Source: the human T2T-CHM13v2.0 reference genome, Homo sapiens. Taken from it: a DNA stretch of 64,000 nt. The position numbers were made by a program, and so were the translations under genes. This document shows positions 1-64,000 of this stretch, one piece after another. Below the pieces are notes generated by a model. That model did no database searches, was not told the DNA's origin, and saw nothing but the letters and a program-made list of their open reading frames with translations. The stretch is from assembly GCF_009914755.1 (NCBI RefSeq), contig NC_060929.1. One strand, given 5' to 3'. The stretch's first letter is position 1. The number at the start of each line of letters is the position of its first letter.

Positions 1-2185
1 AATAATTAGGTTATATTTTTAATTCACAAATAGACTATCCTGGGTCACCTTTGAGTAATGGAAATCTCTGTTTAAACATTCTTCTGGCAATGGGCACCAA
101 GCATTAGGTCTTATTTCCAAGCTTTACCAGCTGGGTTTTGTCATTAACATTTATTAACAATCTAAGATATGGCTTTCACCATCTAATCCGTACTACACAA
201 ATGTTTTGTATGGCCCTCCAGAGGGTTTTGATGTGACAAATTACTGGCAGAGATTACAGCCCCGTGGCTATTCACCAGAGGCAATGTAAAATTAACATGG
301 TACTAATCCAATTTAAACAAGAAGTTGCACAAACAATCTTCTGAACAAAACCAGATAGACGATTCCAAAATTACATTCAAGCACAATAAATGTGTTTTTA
401 ATAAAAAGTTTAAGGAAAAGAAATTGAGTAATTTTCACACACATGAAATGTGCCTATTTGATGAAGTTATTAATTTTAATCTTACTAAAACAGTCAGGGG
501 CAGAGCACAATTCACTATGATAATCCCAAGGTCTATTACTTTTCTTCTTAAAGTGTTGCATCTCAGTGTAGTCTGCAGAACATCAATGATTCCTAGTGAC
601 CTCAAAATGTGTTTACAGTGTTGCCTCTAAAGCAGAAAGTTTGTGGGATAAGGATTAAAATTGGTTTGCAATGAAAAAGCAATGAGCATCTCTGCACTCA
701 AAGAACTTTTCTTTCATGGAGTATAAGTTTCAGAATTGAACCAGTAATTTAAAACTTTTTTTTTCCTTTTCTTTACAAAAGGTATCTGAATGTTTGTGAT
801 ATTCTCCTTATTTGAATAAAATAGCTAAAATTACTTTGCAATGCTTTTTGGGCAAGAGGGTAGGAAATACAAAAGAAGAAGGTTAAATAGAAAATGGATT
901 AAATGGAAAAAAGATCCAGCAGATAAGAAAAGTGTATGAGGATGCGTGTGTTAGGAAGGAGGGATTCTTGCAGTGGAGCCTTTCACACTGAATCTTCTTT
1001 TAAAGGAGACTACTTCAATACCCCAGTGTAAAACTAACCAAAAGTCAGGAATTTGGGGGATTCTATTCAGAACACTGTTTACTTATATTATTTTTTTGAA
1101 ACTACCTCAAATGGTGAAAAACTTAAAGAATGTAATCTATAATATACACATATGAACATGACAAAGTAAAAAGTTCTTGCATAGATACTTCTCAATAAAA
1201 AACATGTCAATTATAATGACATTGTTTCAATAATTAATGATTATTCAATTCTCCAGAGAAAATGCCCTAACCAATAGCTAACACTGTTCCCCTTTTCAGC
1301 TGATTTGGGTAATGTGTAATGACTGTTCACTGCTCAGCTTCTTCAATGGAAGCACTATTTTCCACTTCTTCCCCATCTACTCTCCAGTTAAAAACTTGAA
1401 ATGATTTCCTATCCAGTAGTGTTATTTGAATCATTTTCTCTTTGAGATATTTCTCCCTTAGCTTTGAGTGACAAATGTGGTGATAGCCCCCAGTGGTCCC
1501 TTTGTTTTTCTAATACTTGCTGACTTCATTTACATTTCTTACCACCCTGCTATATTCTAAGTATCAGTCCTCCTAGGTGAACAACTGCTATATCCATAGC
1601 AGCCCATTGTGCAAGGTGCATAGCAGGCTCTCAATAAGCACTTGCTGAATGAATGAAAGAATGAAGTAACTACAGATGTTTCTTCATCTCAATGTACTCA
1701 CATTCCTTTATACTCAAACTTGGGAAGTTTACCTACTGACACTCTTGCACATCTGTACATTTAGCCCTTACATACTTTTTGCTTCTGTACAGTTTTCTAC
1801 AGAACGTCTATCACTGCATAACAATATCCCCCAATTATGCACACTTAAGAATTCTGTCAGTCACAAAGCCCTCTAGTATTTGTTCTGTTCATCAATATCG
1901 AAAGCTACTGTCCAATTAGGTCCCCACTGACTGAACGCACCACCACCACAGAACAGCTTTATGGCTCATCTCTTTTTAGCAAGTTACTTACCATTTACTG
2001 AGCACATACTATGTATCAAACACTGTATTAAACACTTTAAAACCACTCATTTAATTCTCAGAATAACCTGTGGAAGAAAATTTCTCATTGTTCAAATGAA
2101 GAAACTAATCAGAGAAATTCCCAAAGTCAGAGAGGTAGAACCAAAATTCAACCTAGCTCTCTTGACTCCAGGGCCATGTTCTTAA

Positions 2186-2277
2186 CTACTATTTATGCTG
2201 CTTCTGATGGAGTTTATATCTTGTTACCTTTCTACTATTTATGCTGCTTCTGATGGAGTTTATATCTTGTTACCTTT
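2186..2277. repeat. Perfect 46-bp tandem duplication
   Basis: ctactatttatgctgcttctgatggagtttatatcttgttaccttt x2. Confidence 0.95.
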
Positions 2278-2681
2278 AACAGCCATTCTCTTCATATTTC
2301 CTTGGCCCCAATTCCACAGGGACTCCTCTCTATTATACTACATGCACTTAAATATCTTGGCATCATAACCATATATTAGCTGCTTCTCTCTCAAAATCAC
2401 TTTAATTCTCATTACCAGACCTGGTCTCTCTTGTCAATGATGGCATTTTCCTTCTTAGGATATACCAACTCACGATGACCCCTACCTCAGTACTCTCGTC
2501 AGAGTGGCTAATTTTCTTCTCCTAGAAATTATTTCATTCCTTGACTTCAATGGACTAAGACCATATCATAAAAGGGAAAGAGCCTGAGGCTGGATTCATC
2601 AAAAGCTTTCAATGCTGGGTCTATCACTTAGTACCTATGTGATCACATGCAACTTAACTTCTTTAAGTCTCAGTTTCTTCA

Positions 2682-2739
2682 TTAGGTTGGTGCAAAAGTA
2701 ACTGCGGTTTTTGCCGCTTTCACTTTTGCACCTACCTAA
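2682..2739. mobile_element. MADE1 (Hsmar1-derived MITE), internally deleted, inserted in a MIR
   Basis: TIRs ttaggttggtgcaaaagt...acttttgcacctacctaa, followed by TA. Confidence 0.85.
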
Positions 2740-4682
2740 TAAAATGGGAATATTACCTGCTATGTAGGGATCTTTGTCAGGATTAAATGATAAATTCTGA
2801 AGGGCTCAGTGTTACACCTAGCACAAAGTAAGCCTTCCAGACATGCTAATTGCTCTAACAGTATCATCATAGTGATCTTCACATTTTCTCTAGCTGTTAT
2901 TTCCTTCATTAGCTTTCTTTTCTCTTTCCTAAACATAAGAATTCCAAGTTCTAGCTGGCACAACTTTAAACACTACCTCTGCAAAGGACTCCTTTATGTC
3001 TATTTTTAAGCCCAATCATTCTCCCAACAACAGATCCATATTTCTAACTGGTAGCCGAATTTCATTCTGTAAAAATTAAAACATCCAAATTTGCAAATCC
3101 TATCTCCTTCCCACCCTCCAAACAGCTTTTTAGTAACTGTATTTCCAAAACTGGACCAGACACTGAAGCTTGAGCCCTTGGCATCATCTTTGACAAGAAT
3201 CTTCTTGTTGCATTCCTACTGCTACTACTTAAGTTCCAGCCCTTATTACCAGAAATGACTTAGAAAACGGGCCCTCCTCTGTTTTATAAGAACAGCCTAT
3301 GCTTTCCCACTTCATGCCTCTTTGCTATGATCATTCTGTTCATTATATTTACATTTCCCCCACTACTTTCCTAAATCACAACCAATTCCTCTATTAAAAT
3401 CTTAAGTATCTATCTCCAGAGGTCTATCACAAATACCTCCTCTCCTATGACACCTTTCCAACTCCTATTAAATAGACGTACTTTCTCCTCCTGAGTACTC
3501 TATATGGCCTGTGTCAAGGCTCTTACTATTAGGCAGTAAATTTTATATTTATAGTTGTTTCTTCCTTATTACTAAATTGCAAGCTCTGTGATGGAAAGGC
3601 CTATGTCTTGCATATATTTACACCTGGTATAATATTATTTTATACTTATTGTACATGTAAGACACTGCTTTCAATACAGGAGACTCTTAGTACTACCCAT
3701 GTCTATCCTTAGTCCTGTCAACATTTATATAATATAGTCACATGGTACATTATTTTATATTTACATATATATCTACCTGTCTTCATTTGTAATGCTTACA
3801 ATCCCAACTCCTCTATCATTTATGTTAGGGTAAACTACCTACCCTAGTTTTTAATTCTCATGTAGACTGGTAGTACTCCATGAAAGTGGTAAGCATTTAG
3901 TATAATACCATAACGATGTTTAATAGTATTTGACAGTTATGGAGACATATTAAGAAAAATACAAACCTGAAAGACCCTATGTGTGAAATTTCATTCAGAA
4001 TAAAACTGACACATTAAAGAAAAGTGAACTTAGAATAAACTAACCATTATTAATCTTTAAAAGATTTAGGTCAGTTAGGGTTAGATTCAAAATAAAAATC
4101 TTATTCATAATTTCTTCAAATGATTAAGATCAAATGTGTCCAAAATTAAGATTAATTTCTTCTGAAGCTAACAGCATTTGTTGATTGGTAGCAGGAAAGA
4201 AAAAAATATAATAATTCAGAAAACTTCTATCAAAGTTTTTAAACACTTTAAAAATCATGCAAAAATTCCCAATAATTCCCTTTCTTGACTGAATTACTGT
4301 GTCTTAAGAATAACATTTAAAATATATTCTTAAACTTGAGAAAATGTTCAAGTTATCCTTAAATTTCATCCTAAAAAGCACTCCCAGTGGAAAGTTTAAT
4401 CCTAAGAAAGAAAAGGGTGGTTGTTTTATAAGTGAAAGTAAAATAAATTATTCCCAGTTTCTTCTGAGGAAAGGGATAGCTGGCAATTTTTTTTAAAAGA
4501 CATAATTGTTTCAGTTTCTAACTATAAAAAAGAAGGATCTTGCCTTTATAACATATTTTTATAAAAGCCTCTAATCTCAAAAAATAGCAATATTCAAATG
4601 CAGACATCAGAGCATAACAGATATTGCCAAACATACGAATTTGCAAAGAAACAAGGGAAAAAGATATAAAAAGAATAAGCTA

Positions 4683-63197
<58,515 letters not shown>

Positions 63198-64000
63198 GGT
63201 TGCGGTGAGCGGTCCGGGGGCGAAGGCGGCTGGGGGGAAGTGAGGTCCAGTTGAGTCGCGGGTAATCCGGGACCCCCGGCGGGACCCCCACTGCCCGCCC
63301 CCGGTCCCTGATGCCCGGACCCCGCTCCGCAGCCAGGTCCCACCGCCGTCTGCTGCAGCGCGCCCGGCTCCTCTGCCTCGGGCCGCCAGCCCAGATCCTA
63401 ACTGTGCCCCGACTCAAGGAAAAAGCCACGCTGCAGCCCTGCCAGTCTGCAAGCAGAGACAAGCCCGCCACCCGAGGACCTTTTGCCGCCTGCGTAGCCG
63501 CTTTTCAAACGCCCGGGCGGCCGCAGCGGCCGCCGCCGCGCCCAGCTTCCGCCTAGCAACCAGGCCCGCAGGCCCAGTGCCCAGGGGAGGTTGGAGGACA
63601 ACGGGTGATAGAGACAGAGCAGTCAAGGCTAGAACGCCCGTCAGCGAGCTTCGCCTCCCGCCCTTTTACGCTCTGTTCCAGAGCCCTAAGGAGGACGCCT
63701 TCATTACCTCACAGCGCCCTCTGCTAGCCGGACGAGGAGAGGCGGGCGACTTGGTGTGGGACCAGCTGCGCAAGCGCACTACTGCTGTAAACGCTTCCTG
63801 AAGCTGCGTAGCCTTTAAGGAGCGTGAGTGTAGCGTATTACCTGCTTTATGCTTCAGCCACAACCTGAGAGTTATATTAGTGGGGATTAAAAAAACAAAA
63901 AAACCTAGCTTAGTTGAGGTACCCAGTGTCAACACTGCTTAAAAAATTAAATCACAAAAAAATAATGACTTAAATCTAAACTCTAAAGTCCCTAAATCGT

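Overview
This is primate (almost certainly human) genomic DNA, AT-rich and rich in Alu, L1 and L2 repeats. It holds most of the centriolar/ciliopathy gene CEP120 on the minus strand. I reconstructed 18 consecutive coding exons from ATG 63197 to 4695 with consistent splice phases: 2580 nt, 860 codons, covering the three C2 domains and most of the coiled coil. The last exons lie beyond the window start. A CpG-island promoter sits at about 63.1-63.85 kb. Intron 4 contains a full-length, sense-oriented KRT8 processed pseudogene and a ~7 kb ancient L1 with an inverted templated insertion. I found no convincing novel multi-gene system, CRISPR array or RNA gene. The best leads are RNA-level or mutational: a GC-AG intron, a possible stop-free circular RNA from exons 2-4, a duplicated ~220 bp intron-1 unit ending in splice donors, candidate cryptic exons, and templated-insertion or tandem-duplication scars. 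Repeat subfamily names are recalled from consensus sequences, not from a search.
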